Source: a virus (Duplodnaviria; Caudoviricetes). Taken from it: a DNA stretch of 49,728 nucleotides. The notes under the pieces are model-generated. The model made no database searches. It saw only the letters and a list, made by a program, of their open reading frames with translations, and was not told the origin of the DNA. This document shows positions 35,350-44,008 of the stretch, one piece after another. The translations under genes were made by a program, and so were the position numbers. The stretch lies in IMG/VR virus record IMGVR_UViG_3300031228_000008, positions 1 to 49,728 of that record. One strand, written 5' to 3'. Within the stretch, counting starts at the first letter, position 1; each line of letters opens with the position of its first letter.

Positions 35350-36002
35350 CCGATCGACTCCAGGAGGAGATCCCGCGCCTGGACAAGGCGGCGGTAGTCG
35401 TCGGCGTCTCCTCCGGCGTCCGGGTGGAGGACCTTGGCCTGGCGGCGGAACGACCGATGGAGGGCGTCGCGGTCAACGTCGGATGGGTCGAGGTTCATGA
35501 CCCGGGCGGCGACGTCGAAGGTCATGGCCGGCCCCATGGGCGTCCCGGGTGGGAGCGCGCCCCATCCGCGGTACTGCTCCCCGCGCTTGGAGACCCCGTA
35601 GCGGTCGACGGCCCGGAGGGCTTCGAGGGAGAGGGCGATGGCCCGGAGGTTCGCTTCCCACCCGTGGATTCGCTGGGACCCCTTGCCGGAGACGTAGTAG
35701 CTACCGCCCTCGAAAGTGTCGGTCAGGTAGCGGAGGGGGCCGTGGGTCGAGTCGAACGACAGGATCACCCCGGGGAAGCTGGGGACCCTGGCGTCGGCCC
35801 TGGGCCATCCGTCGTTCCGGATGTCGCGCTGGGCGTGGGCGGTCTCGATGACGATGTCCCGGGCCTTGATCGCCTCCAGTTCGGTCCCGAGGAGGTCGAG
35901 GGTGGCGGAGAGGGGCGACCGGAACTGGGGCGATCTCCGGAGCCTGGTGAGGGGCTGGGGCCAGGAGGAGGGGTCGAGGGGTCGGAAGCGGGCGTCGATC
36001 AT
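35346..36002 (-). CDS. Phage protein with C-terminal DnaJ-like J domain
   Basis: NLRAIALSLEALRAVDRYGV...QYRGW; AKVLHPDAGG. Confidence 0.82.
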   Translation of the reverse strand: MIDARFRPLDPSSWPQPLTRLRRSPQFRSPLSATLDLLGTELEAIKARDIVIETAHAQRDIRNDGWPRADARVPSFPGVILSFDSTHGPLRYLTDTFEGGSYYVSGKGSQRIHGWEANLRAIALSLEALRAVDRYGVSKRGEQYRGWGALPPGTPMGPAMTFDVAARVMNLDPSDVDRDALHRSFRRQAKVLHPDAGGDADDYRRLVQARDLLLESIG

Positions 36003-36027
36003 CTGGTGGGGTCTCCTTGGGAACGGG

Positions 36028-36065
36028 TGAGGCCCCCGGGCCTTGTGGCGGTACCCGGGGGCCTC
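36028..36065 (-). terminator. 12-bp stem hairpin
   Basis: GAGGCCCCCGGG...CCCGGGGGCCTC. Confidence 0.55.
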
Positions 36066-36082
36066 TGGTGGGATGGTGGGGC

Positions 36083-36388
36083 CTACGACCCGATCTGGGC
36101 GTAGTACCCGGGGGCCTTGACGTGACGGGTCCCGTCGTCGAGGACCTCGATGGTCCCGCCTCCGCCGGCCATGAAGTCGATGGCGGCCAGGATCTCCTGG
36201 TCGTCCTGGAGGATGGACTTCACGCTGGGCGTGATCTTGACGTCCACCGGGAGCTTCCAGTTCCCGTCGTCCTGGATGAAGCCGAAGACCTCGCGGAGGC
36301 GGTCGGCCCCGTAGCCCTTGGTCAGGAAGGCTTCGATCTCCTCCTGGGTCGAGTCGGTGAACGAGATGGAAGCGGGGATGGTGGACAT
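36083..36388 (-). CDS. Hypothetical protein
   Basis: CCCCAAGGAG RBS; MSTIPASI...NWKLPVD...APGYY. Confidence 0.7.
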   Translation of the reverse strand: MSTIPASISFTDSTQEEIEAFLTKGYGADRLREVFGFIQDDGNWKLPVDVKITPSVKSILQDDQEILAAIDFMAGGGGTIEVLDDGTRHVKAPGYYAQIGS

Positions 36389-36427
36389 GGCGGTCTCCTT
36401 GGGGTTGGGGTCGAGGGCCATAGGGAC

Positions 36428-36467
36428 ATCCTTGCAGGTCCTCCCAGAACTGTCAACCCCGGTTGGG
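36428..36467 (-). promoter_or_regulatory. Promoter with operator
   Basis: CCCAACCGGGG-TTGACA-N17-AAGGAT. Confidence 0.7.
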
Positions 36468-36782
36468 TGATTCCTCCGGGCGGTCCCCATGGAGGTCCCG
36501 GATCGCGAGGGCGATCTTCTCCACGGTCTCCATCGTCGGGACACGGCCCAGATGATGGTGGGGCACCCGGGCGAACGGACACCGGTACCCACGGAGAGGG
36601 GTCCCGCCTCGACGCGCACGGCGGGCGACATCCCGGACCCGATCCATCGACATGATCGTCTTCGTCAGACAGGACGACCGGATGATCCCCCGGGTCGCCG
36701 GGTTGAGTTCCCACCACTCCGGCTCCCGGAGGCGGAGGCGGTCGAAGACGAGACGGACTTCATCCTCGACCGGCTCGATCAC
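36453..36782 (-). CDS. Hypothetical protein (YRCP...HHL motif)
   Basis: GTGA-coupled start. Confidence 0.55.
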   Translation of the reverse strand: MIEPVEDEVRLVFDRLRLREPEWWELNPATRGIIRSSCLTKTIMSMDRVRDVARRARRGGTPLRGYRCPFARVPHHHLGRVPTMETVEKIALAIRDLHGDRPEESPNRG

Positions 36783-37135
36783 GTCTCCATCTCCTGGCGG
36801 CGACGGTGGGTCCACTCCTCCAGGCGGCGGCAGAGACGATCCGGGCAGAGGTTCCACGGTCCAGCGTGGCCGGCGTCCCGGTGGATCTCGTCGAACAGGT
36901 CCACGACCGGCGAGAGGGCGGCCCCCAGGGACTCCTCCAGGTCGTCGTAGGCCATGGACACGGAGGTCAGGTCGGCCTGGGTTCGTTCAAGCTCGGACGT
37001 GGCCTCGTCGAGGTCGGACTGGAGGGCGCGGGCCTTGGTCACCAGGCCCTCCAGGTCCTCCTCGATCGTGGTGGGAGCTTCCTTCCTCTCCTCGACGACG
37101 CGGGGCGTGAACTCGTGGACGTTCGAGTCCGTCAT
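36779..37135 (-). CDS. Coiled-coil protein with C-terminal H/C motif
   Basis: ATGA-coupled ORF. Confidence 0.65.
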   Translation of the reverse strand: MTDSNVHEFTPRVVEERKEAPTTIEEDLEGLVTKARALQSDLDEATSELERTQADLTSVSMAYDDLEESLGAALSPVVDLFDEIHRDAGHAGPWNLCPDRLCRRLEEWTHRRRQEMET

Positions 37136-37398
37136 ACGGGGACCTCGACCTTCTCGATGTCGACCACGATGACGTCGTCCGATGTCCGGACGATCCGCTC
37201 CGCCCCGGTCTCGAACTTCAAGACGAGGGAGTCCGGTCGGTCGGGAACCGGGAGGGCGGCGGTCAGGGTCCGGGTCTTCTCCCGGGCGTTCAACTGGACA
37301 TGGTCCCCGGGGCGGAGGGTGATCGCCTTCGCCAGGCGCGGGGTCTTGATCGTCTTCGTCCTCGTGGTCTTGGGCGTGGACTGGCGACGGTTCGCCAT
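37132..37398 (-). CDS. Hypothetical protein
   Basis: CCCCAAGGAGG RBS. Confidence 0.65.
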   Translation of the reverse strand: MANRRQSTPKTTRTKTIKTPRLAKAITLRPGDHVQLNAREKTRTLTAALPVPDRPDSLVLKFETGAERIVRTSDDVIVVDIEKVEVPV

Positions 37399-37462
37399 GG
37401 GTGGGCCTCCTTGGGGCTTGGCCGGATGGTACCGAGAGTGGGCGAGGCGGGGCGGGTGGTGG

Positions 37463-38464
37463 TCAGAGGTCGGCCACGATCTCCTCGTAGCGGTCCGCGA
37501 TCTCCGCCAGGCGGTCCCTCTCGATCTCGGCGCGGTTGTCGTGGTGGGTCCACCGGTCCATGTCGACGACCTCGCGGATGTTGTCCTGGATGAGGGCGTC
37601 CAGGGTGGCGGGGTCGAGGGCGTCCAACTCCCAGGACTGGCGGCCGTAGGCCTCGATGTAGCCGGCCACGCGGGAGTCGGTGAGCTTCGCGGGGTTCGGT
37701 GGCGGGTTGAACTCCTGGACCTGGTCCATGTTGAGGGCGATGCGGCGGACCTCCAGGCGGTCCACCACGGACGCGATCCTCTCCGTGGCCGCCTCCTGCC
37801 AGTTCTCGTCCCCGAGGTCCTGGTGGGCCTCGTGGGCCGCCTCGATCTCCTCCAGGACCGTGTCCTGGCGGACGAACAGGTTGAGGCGGTCGATGATGTC
37901 CCGGGTCATGTCGATCCCGCTGGGGTCGTGGTCGCCCAGGTGGAGGACCAGGACGTCCTTCCCCTCGCGGGCCTTGTCCCCGAGGCGTTGGCCGGCCCCC
38001 CAGAGTTCGGACTGGGAGACGTAGCCGCGACACGAGAAGTACGCGACGTCCCAGGTCCCGGCGGCGCGGGCCACCACGCCGGCCAGGGCTTCCTTCTCGA
38101 CCCAGACCTCTACGTGGACGTCCTGGTCCTCCCAGTGGTCGACGTCGAAGCCGCGGGCCAGGTCGTTCAACCATTGCTGGGGGGTCCGGTAGCTCCCGAT
38201 GCCGGCGAGGTTCCGGGTCCGGTCGGTCATCCAGTCCCAGTCGAACAGGCCGGCCATCCGGGCCTTGTTCAAGATGGACCCCAGACGCTTGTAGCTCCGG
38301 TCCGTGTTCGGGATGTACCCCCGGGCCACGAACTGGTAGTAGGTCTGGCGGAGGGTGAGGTCGTACCCCTGGCGGGCGTACTCCCGGGCGATCACTTCGG
38401 CCTGGGCGATGACGTCCAGGGCGTCGGACCCGGGCTTCCAGTCTTCGTAACGTATCTTGGCCAC
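37463..38464 (-). CDS. Winged-helix plus Toprim protein (TopoVI-A/Spo11/JetD-like)
   Basis: LTLRQTYYQ, VEVWVEKEAL, RGY.S, LGDHDPSG, WELDAL. Confidence 0.82.
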   Translation of the reverse strand: MAKIRYEDWKPGSDALDVIAQAEVIAREYARQGYDLTLRQTYYQFVARGYIPNTDRSYKRLGSILNKARMAGLFDWDWMTDRTRNLAGIGSYRTPQQWLNDLARGFDVDHWEDQDVHVEVWVEKEALAGVVARAAGTWDVAYFSCRGYVSQSELWGAGQRLGDKAREGKDVLVLHLGDHDPSGIDMTRDIIDRLNLFVRQDTVLEEIEAAHEAHQDLGDENWQEAATERIASVVDRLEVRRIALNMDQVQEFNPPPNPAKLTDSRVAGYIEAYGRQSWELDALDPATLDALIQDNIREVVDMDRWTHHDNRAEIERDRLAEIADRYEEIVADL

Positions 38465-38508
38465 TGGGTTCTCCTTGGGGTGAGAGTGGCGGTCGGTTGT
38501 CGAGGTCG

Positions 38509-38549
38509 AGACTAGACCAGGTGGTCCCTCCGGTCAACCCCGGTTGGGG
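38509..38549 (-). promoter_or_regulatory. Promoter with operator
   Basis: CCCAACCGGGG-TTGACC-N17-TAGTCT. Confidence 0.8.
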
Positions 38550-38718
38550 AGTCGATCCATCCGAGGGCCATGGCTTCGGGGAGGGGAGGGGCGTGGTCCC
38601 AGCATCGAGGGACCGGGTGGGTCGTGTCCGCCTTGTAGACGACGGTCGAAGGCTTCGGGCACCGGCCACACTTGGGCATGGTCGAGGCGGTGGGTGGGGT
38701 CGTGGTCTGGTGGGTCAT
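38512..38718 (-). CDS. Small Cys/His protein
   Basis: CGRC...CWDH. Confidence 0.45.
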   Translation of the reverse strand: MTHQTTTPPTASTMPKCGRCPKPSTVVYKADTTHPVPRCWDHAPPLPEAMALGWIDSPTGVDRRDHLV

Positions 38719-38749
38719 GCCCACTCATCGACCAACCCCGGTTGGGACT

Positions 38750-39007
38750 TTAGTGATTCTTGTTCAAGGCCTTGTGGACGGCCTGCTCCGACTTGCCGAC
38801 CGCCGCGCCGATCTCCCGGAACGTGGCCCCATCGACGTCCCGAAGCTCCCGGAAGACCCGGAGCCTGTCCCGGCCCAGTTCCTCGATCTCCGAGAACCTC
38901 GCGTCGATCCTCTCGGTCAACTCCTTCGCCCGGACCAGGCGTTGGGCCTTGGTCTTCGGGTTCTTAGGTGCGCGTGAACCGGACCGGGTCTTCTTCTCTG
39001 CGGCCAT
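38750..39007 (-). CDS. HTH DNA-binding protein (sigma region-4-like); candidate operator-binding regulator
   Basis: GATFREIGAAVGKSEQAVHKAL; GAGGAG RBS; flanked by operators. Confidence 0.75.
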   Translation of the reverse strand: MAAEKKTRSGSRAPKNPKTKAQRLVRAKELTERIDARFSEIEELGRDRLRVFRELRDVDGATFREIGAAVGKSEQAVHKALNKNH

Positions 39008-39042
39008 CTGGTGGGTCTCCTCGATCATGGGGGTCGGTCTAA

Positions 39043-39071
39043 CCAACCGGGGATGGTACTACCCCGGTTGG
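39043..39071 (-). promoter_or_regulatory. Inverted double operator bracketing a TACCAT -10
   Basis: CCAACCGGGG-ATGGTACTA-CCCCGGTTGG. Confidence 0.75.
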
Positions 39072-39086
39072 GGCGTCAGTCGACTA

Positions 39087-39479
39087 TCAAACCTGAGACC
39101 TCACGTTCGCGCTCATGGTCTGGAGGGCGTTGACTCGGGCGCGGGCAGAGTTCAACGCTTCCTTCCCGGCGTCCTTGGCGGCGGCGGTCCGCTTGTAGGC
39201 CCGATACTTCTCCTCGTTCATCGCGAGGACCCGGGCCTCCATGATGTGTTTCGCCTCGGGGCGTGTCCGTCCACCTGGTGGCTTGTCGTTCTGGGCAATG
39301 AGGCCTTTGGCCTGGGCGATCTTCCAGTCCGCCTCCGCATCGCCGGCCATCTCACAGACGGAGTCGAAGCCGGTCAGGGTGTCCCCCGGGAACTTCGGGG
39401 ACTCTCCCCCGTTCGTGATCGCCTCCAGGTGGTCGATCTCGGCCTGGAGGTCTTCTTCGATCTCACCCTGGGACTTCAT
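39087..39479 (-). CDS. Helical hypothetical protein
   Basis: ATGA-coupled; MKSQGEIEE...LQTMSANVRSQV. Confidence 0.65.
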   Translation of the reverse strand: MKSQGEIEEDLQAEIDHLEAITNGGESPKFPGDTLTGFDSVCEMAGDAEADWKIAQAKGLIAQNDKPPGGRTRPEAKHIMEARVLAMNEEKYRAYKRTAAAKDAGKEALNSARARVNALQTMSANVRSQV

Positions 39480-39613
39480 CGAAGCTGGACCCCGTCGAAC
39501 GTCCCGGACAGGAGGCCGACGAGGAGGTACCCGGTGAGACCGACGAGGGCGATGATGAGGATGAGTTTCGCGACGGCGGCGCGTCCTCGTCCTCGGGCTT
39601 CGTTGTCGGTCAC
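39476..39613 (-). CDS. Small membrane protein (45 aa)
   Basis: CCCCAAGGAG RBS; one TM segment. Confidence 0.55.
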   Translation of the reverse strand: MTDNEARGRGRAAVAKLILIIALVGLTGYLLVGLLSGTFDGVQLR

Positions 39614-39807
39614 GGGTTCTCCTTGGGGGCGAGGTCGGGGGGATGATGGTACGTCCGGACGTGAGACGGTGGGAGGATCTGGGCGCGCTTCCTGTTGCGT
39701 TCCTCCTGGCGGAGACGTTCGGCCCGGTCGAGGACCCGGACGCGGAGGATGATGAGGGCGGCCATCCCGGCGAAGCCGATGAAGACCGCGGCGAGTGCTT
39801 CAACCAT
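39610..39807 (-). CDS. Small membrane protein
   Basis: N-terminal TM segment. Confidence 0.55.
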   Translation of the reverse strand: MVEALAAVFIGFAGMAALIILRVRVLDRAERLRQEERNRKRAQILPPSHVRTYHHPPDLAPKENP

Positions 39808-40225
39808 CGACCCGGAACCGGCGTCCGTCTTCGGTGAGGTTGAAGACCTGGGCGACGTTGCCCAGGGAGGTCTCCCGGTAGAGGGGGCCGGCGTCGTCCC
39901 GGACGGCCTCGACGAGGCCGACGCGCTCCAGGGCCTTCCGGGCCGTGCGAAGACCGGAGGGGGACGGGAGCTTCGTGGAGCCGGCGGTACGTTCCGCGTT
40001 CTGGACGTCGGCCACCATCTCCTCGTCGGTGAAGCCTCGACCGGCGTCGTAGGCGTAGCGGACCTGGAAGGCGTCGATCACCTGGACCTGGCGGCGGGTC
40101 AAGTTGACCTGGGCGGCGGCCAGGTGGGACGTGGTCGGGTCCGAGGTCCTGGCGTGGGCCGTGGACTCCAGGTCTGCGGCGGCCGTGGCGGCGGCCCGGG
40201 GGGCGTCGGGGGTGATCGTGGTCAT
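39800..40225 (-). CDS. Winged-helix-like DNA-binding protein
   Basis: HARTSDPTTSHLAA...TDEEM...SGLRTARKALERVGLV; CAAGGAG RBS. Confidence 0.7.
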   Translation of the reverse strand: MTTITPDAPRAAATAAADLESTAHARTSDPTTSHLAAAQVNLTRRQVQVIDAFQVRYAYDAGRGFTDEEMVADVQNAERTAGSTKLPSPSGLRTARKALERVGLVEAVRDDAGPLYRETSLGNVAQVFNLTEDGRRFRVDG

Positions 40226-40480
40226 GGTGGTCTCCTTGGTCTTGCGGCGAGGGTTCCGCCGGATATGCCGGCGGACGGGAACGGTTCGGGGTTGGGGGTG
40301 GGGGGTCGTGGGGTGGGAGTTCGATGAGGCGGGGACGGTCTGGGTCTTCGGTGGGAGGCTCCTTCGGGGGTAGGTGGCGGTCGTGTTCTCGGACTCGATG
40401 ACGGGGCGTTCCCTCGTGGCCCGGGAACAGGGGGTCATGGTTGGGGTCGAGGTCGGCCTGGACCTCGGGCGGGAGGTCGG

Positions 40481-40708
40481 TCATCGGGGGACCCACCTGG
40501 TCCCGTCGATGTCGGTGAGGAGACGCCAACGGCGGCGGAACTCGTCGAGGGTCGTGGTCTCGGAGGAGAAGGGTTCGATGGCCAGGTCCCGGCGGCGGAA
40601 GTGCCGGACGCGGAGCTTGGGTCCATCGACGTCTTCGTATCCGCCCTGGTGCGGGGAGATGGCCCCGTGTGGGTTCTGGGCCTTTCGGGTGTCGGACCGG
40701 GTGGTCAC
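40481..40708 (-). CDS. Hypothetical protein
   Basis: AGGAGG RBS; GTGA-coupled. Confidence 0.5.
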   Translation of the reverse strand: MTTRSDTRKAQNPHGAISPHQGGYEDVDGPKLRVRHFRRRDLAIEPFSSETTTLDEFRRRWRLLTDIDGTRWVPR

Positions 40709-40914
40709 GAGGCCGCCTCCTGGATGAAGTCTCCGACGCGCTCCAGGCCATCGGAGCGGACCCAGGCCGCCTCCCCTTCGATGATCCAGCGGAATCGGCC
40801 ATGCTCCACGCCATCGGCGGCGTGGTCCGGGCAGAGATCCACCAGGTCCCCCTGGGCGGTCATGGCTACCCAGGCAGGGTCGTCGGGGCATCGGAACGAT
40901 CGGCACGGTCTCAT
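40705..40914 (-). CDS. Small Cys/His protein
   Basis: CCCCAAGGAG RBS; C....C...LCPDH. Confidence 0.6.
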   Translation of the reverse strand: MRPCRSFRCPDDPAWVAMTAQGDLVDLCPDHAADGVEHGRFRWIIEGEAAWVRSDGLERVGDFIQEAAS

Positions 40915-41360
40915 GGATTCTCCTTGGGGTTGAGTAGATGGTACGTCTCCTCGTCCAACTTGGTCAACCCCGGTTGGGGTGCGGGCGCGGAGAACCCGAC
41001 CCTCTCGGCCAGATCCGGCTCCCGGGTGACCAGGTCGTGGTGGACCTGGCAGAGGGCGCGGCAGTTGTCGGCCACCAGGTAGCCCTTCGCCCATCGGCCT
41101 CGGGAGATGACCTCGTGGACCTCCAGTCGAGGTCGGTCCGGGAACGGGGACGCGCATCGACCAGGGAGGACCCCTCGGGCCACGCATCCCGCATCCCGAG
41201 CCAGTACCTCCTGGCGGACTCGGTCGCGCTTGGGCTTCTCCGCCTTCCGCCTGGCGGACATGGCGGGGAGCTTCTGGCGGGACCGGTCCTGCCAGGCGCG
41301 GGTCTTGGCCGGGTCGGCCTTCAATCCCTTCTTGCGGGCCGGCGGGCCGGACCGCTTCAC
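40911..41360 (-). CDS. HNH-type endonuclease
   Basis: VLARDAGC...VHEVISRGR...NCRALCQVHH. Confidence 0.7.
   Translation of the reverse strand: MKRSGPPARKKGLKADPAKTRAWQDRSRQKLPAMSARRKAEKPKRDRVRQEVLARDAGCVARGVLPGRCASPFPDRPRLEVHEVISRGRWAKGYLVADNCRALCQVHHDLVTREPDLAERVGFSAPAPQPGLTKLDEETYHLLNPKENP
40938..40979 (-). promoter_or_regulatory. Promoter with operator, inside the HNH 3' end
   Basis: CCCAACCGGGG-TTGACC-N18-TACCAT. Confidence 0.75.
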
Positions 41361-41372
41361 GGGGTTACCCCG

Positions 41373-41585
41373 CTACTTGTCCCACCATCGCCGGTCCTCG
41401 GGGAAGTCGAGGGCGCGTTGGCCATCGTCCTCGACGACAGACAGGGGGCGGGGACCCAGGTACTTCGTCCGCTTCTCGCGGGACTTGTCCTGGAGCTTGC
41501 GGACACGGGCGACCAGGTCATCCCGTCGCGCCTCGGGCGTCGGGGTCGTGACCTCGGGGAAGTCCTCGATCGGGACCGCGTCCAT
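41373..41585 (-). CDS. Hypothetical protein, leaderless
   Basis: TAGGGT-N6-ATG. Confidence 0.55.
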   Translation of the reverse strand: MDAVPIEDFPEVTTPTPEARRDDLVARVRKLQDKSREKRTKYLGPRPLSVVEDDGQRALDFPEDRRWWDK

Positions 41586-42060
41586 GACTCAACCCTACTA
41601 GTGAACCGGGGGAGAGGGGAACCCCTTTCCAGGAGGATGCCAGGGAATCCCGGACCTCCCGGTCCCGTGCGGCCCGGTAACTATCCCGGAACTGGGCGAA
41701 GATCACGCCCTGGGTTCCTGTCCGTAATGCCCAGGTACCTCCCACGGTGGTCACGGCCTCACGGACCGAAGGGGGAAGGGTGACCTGGTCGGGGTTCCGG
41801 GACCACGCCATGGCCATCTGCCAGGCCTCGTCCTCGTCGAGGGGGAGCTTGCCGGCGGCGGCCAGGATCTCGCGACGGAGGACGGCGGGCGGTGGCCACC
41901 ATTGCATCCGGCGGAGGAGGTCGAGGACCAGGCCCCGGGGGTTGTCGACGTCGAGGTCTTCCAGGGCGGCCTCGTAGACCTCGAAGGTCTCAGCGGAGGT
42001 CTCACGTCCGAAGGCGACGGCCAGGAGGCCCACGACCCCCACGATGTCTTCTGGGGTCAT
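41518..42060 (-). CDS. Replicative helicase loader/inhibitor (G39P-like)
   Basis: Coupled to the initiator; VYEAALEDL...WWPPPAVLR...AW. Confidence 0.65.
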   Translation of the reverse strand: MTPEDIVGVVGLLAVAFGRETSAETFEVYEAALEDLDVDNPRGLVLDLLRRMQWWPPPAVLRREILAAAGKLPLDEDEAWQMAMAWSRNPDQVTLPPSVREAVTTVGGTWALRTGTQGVIFAQFRDSYRAARDREVRDSLASSWKGVPLSPGSLVGLSHGRGPDRGLPRGHDPDARGATG

Positions 42061-42827
42061 GTCCCGGTCTTCCTCTCCAGGTACTCCTGGGCGGCGGACT
42101 TCACCTGGGCGGACGATCCACGGCGGCCCTGGGGTCCTTCGCCTGGGCCGTCCAACCAGTCCTCCCACCACTTCGAGGTCAGGAACCTCTCCGCATCTCG
42201 GGCGATCGTGGAGCCGGCCTCGACGGCGGTGGCGTAGTTGAGGACGGCGGCGTAGGCGGCGCGCTTGGACTCATACGAGAGGGCGCGCCACTTCGTCCGG
42301 GCCTTGGCTTTCCCGACCTTCTTGCCGTGGCGGCGCGGGTAGGCCTCCCAGAAGACGTCGAAGCCTCGGTCTCGATCATCCCCCTCGTCGCCAGACGAGG
42401 CAGAGGGGTTACCGGACGGGTCCTTGGACGGGTCTATGGATGGATTGGGTGACAAGGGTGTCGCCCCGTCGACGCGCTGGATGTCACCCCGTTCCGCGCC
42501 AGGTGTCACCCCGTCATCCTCCTCGGGGCGACGATCTGTCACCCCGTCCATGGGGACCTCGTACAGGTTCGGGCGGCGGTCATCGCGCATCTTGCCGGTA
42601 CCGCCGGCCTGGGCCTGGACCCGGAGTTCCCCGAGGTCGACGAGGGAGCGGATGGACCTCTGGACTGTTCGCTCCGAGACCTGACACTTCCGGGCGATGG
42701 TGGCCACGGAGGGCCAGGCGTTGGTCCCGTCGTGATCGGCGGAGTCCGCTATGGCCAACAGGACCAGGCGATCCGTTCCGCCGGCCTGGGAGTGGTCCCA
42801 GACCCAGGACATGACCTTGACGCTCAT
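42057..42827 (-). CDS. Replication initiator (HTH_36, lambda-O-like)
   Basis: RLVLLAIAD..AWPSVATIARKC..SERTVQRSI..L; FDVFWEAYPR...KA. Confidence 0.85.
   Translation of the reverse strand: MSVKVMSWVWDHSQAGGTDRLVLLAIADSADHDGTNAWPSVATIARKCQVSERTVQRSIRSLVDLGELRVQAQAGGTGKMRDDRRPNLYEVPMDGVTDRRPEEDDGVTPGAERGDIQRVDGATPLSPNPSIDPSKDPSGNPSASSGDEGDDRDRGFDVFWEAYPRRHGKKVGKAKARTKWRALSYESKRAAYAAVLNYATAVEAGSTIARDAERFLTSKWWEDWLDGPGEGPQGRRGSSAQVKSAAQEYLERKTGT
42447..42547. repeat. Iterons: putative replication origin inside the initiator gene
   Basis: TGTCRCCCCGT at 42459, 42482, 42504 and 42537, plus inverted partial copies. Confidence 0.7.
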
Positions 42828-42918
42828 GGTGTTCCCGAACGTGGGTTCGGTGGGCTATCGTGCATCTTGTCTCCTTTGGCGAGGTAGGCATCCACGGTCG
42901 GGCTTGACCGTTGAACGT

Positions 42919-42953
42919 GGGAGGGGGGTCGGATGCTACTCCGGCCCCCCTCC
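42919..42953 (-). terminator. Hairpin after the DUF932 gene
   Basis: GGAGGGGGG-TCGGA...TCCGG-CCCCCCTCC. Confidence 0.55.
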
Positions 42954-42963
42954 TCGCGTCTGG

Positions 42964-43899
42964 CTACGACCGGACCAGTTCGGCCACCCGGCGGGTCATC
43001 GACCCGAAGGTCCCGTCCAGGGATCGGACGATGATCCTCTCCGCCCGGTTGGACTCGTCCTTCACGGGCTTCATCCACTGGTCGTAGGAGTTGAAGGCGT
43101 TGACCACGCCCCACCCGGTGCCGGCGTAGCGGCCCCCGTCGCGGTCGGACTCGTACATGGCCCGGACGCCCTCGCGCTTCTCCTCGACGTTCCCCCTCTG
43201 GCGGGGGGTCTGCATGTCGGAGATGGGGAGGAGTTGGGCCACGATGGCATCGAAGCGGCGGGCCGTGACGTCGATGTCCATGAGCCGGCGGACCTCCTCC
43301 TCGAAGTGGTCGATCTCCTCGACCGCCTGGAACAGGATGCGGCGGGCGTCGTCGGTCTTGGCCATGACGTTCGTCGAGTGGCGATGGGACCAGGTGGAGA
43401 CCGCCTTGGCCTGGAGGGCGGGCATCTGGTTCATGCAATCGAGACGGAGGAACCCCAGGGACGCCCGGACCCCGGAGCTTCCATCGTGGGAGGTCGAGAC
43501 CGTGAGGAAGGCGTTGAGGCCGTCTCCGTCGATCTCGATGTGGCGGTTCACCGCGGCCTGGACCCAGACCCGGCGGCCGCCCTTGGCGGGGCCGGCGGAT
43601 TCGACCACGACCGCCTCCGTCTCCAGGAGGCCTTCGACGAGAGTGAAGGCCTCGCGGTTCTGGACCGTCTGGTAGCCCTTCTTGGCGAAGCCGAAGACCT
43701 CGTCGATGTCGGTCCGGCGGATGGCCCGGAACTCGGGGCGGGCCTTGCCCTCGACGATGGGGACGACGGTCTCGACCTCCCAGTCCAGGCCGGCGGCGGT
43801 CAGGATCTCGTCCACGGAGGTCGGGCCGTCGAGGGCCGTCCCGATCGTGGTCCAGGGGTTCTTGCGGTCGTAGTGGGAGGCTTCGACTTCGGCAACCAT
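42964..43899 (-). CDS. DUF932/DUF945 family protein
   Basis: AGLDWEV, YQTVQNREAF, GGRRVW, SHDGS, R..C.N, RH, GTGWGVVNA. Confidence 0.9.
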   Translation of the reverse strand: MVAEVEASHYDRKNPWTTIGTALDGPTSVDEILTAAGLDWEVETVVPIVEGKARPEFRAIRRTDIDEVFGFAKKGYQTVQNREAFTLVEGLLETEAVVVESAGPAKGGRRVWVQAAVNRHIEIDGDGLNAFLTVSTSHDGSSGVRASLGFLRLDCMNQMPALQAKAVSTWSHRHSTNVMAKTDDARRILFQAVEEIDHFEEEVRRLMDIDVTARRFDAIVAQLLPISDMQTPRQRGNVEEKREGVRAMYESDRDGGRYAGTGWGVVNAFNSYDQWMKPVKDESNRAERIIVRSLDGTFGSMTRRVAELVRS

Positions 43900-43932
43900 G
43901 AGGGTTCTCCTTGGGGGTGAGGGGTGGCGTCT

Positions 43933-44008
43933 CCACCCCGGTAGGGCCATCTTCGCGGGTCCTCCCAGACTTGTCAAGGAGTCCCCCTGGAAGTCTCAAC
44001 CGGGGATG
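43933..44008 (-). promoter_or_regulatory. Promoter flanked by two operator variants
   Basis: TTGACA-N17-GAAGAT; variants at 43933-43944 and 43997-44008. Confidence 0.7.
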
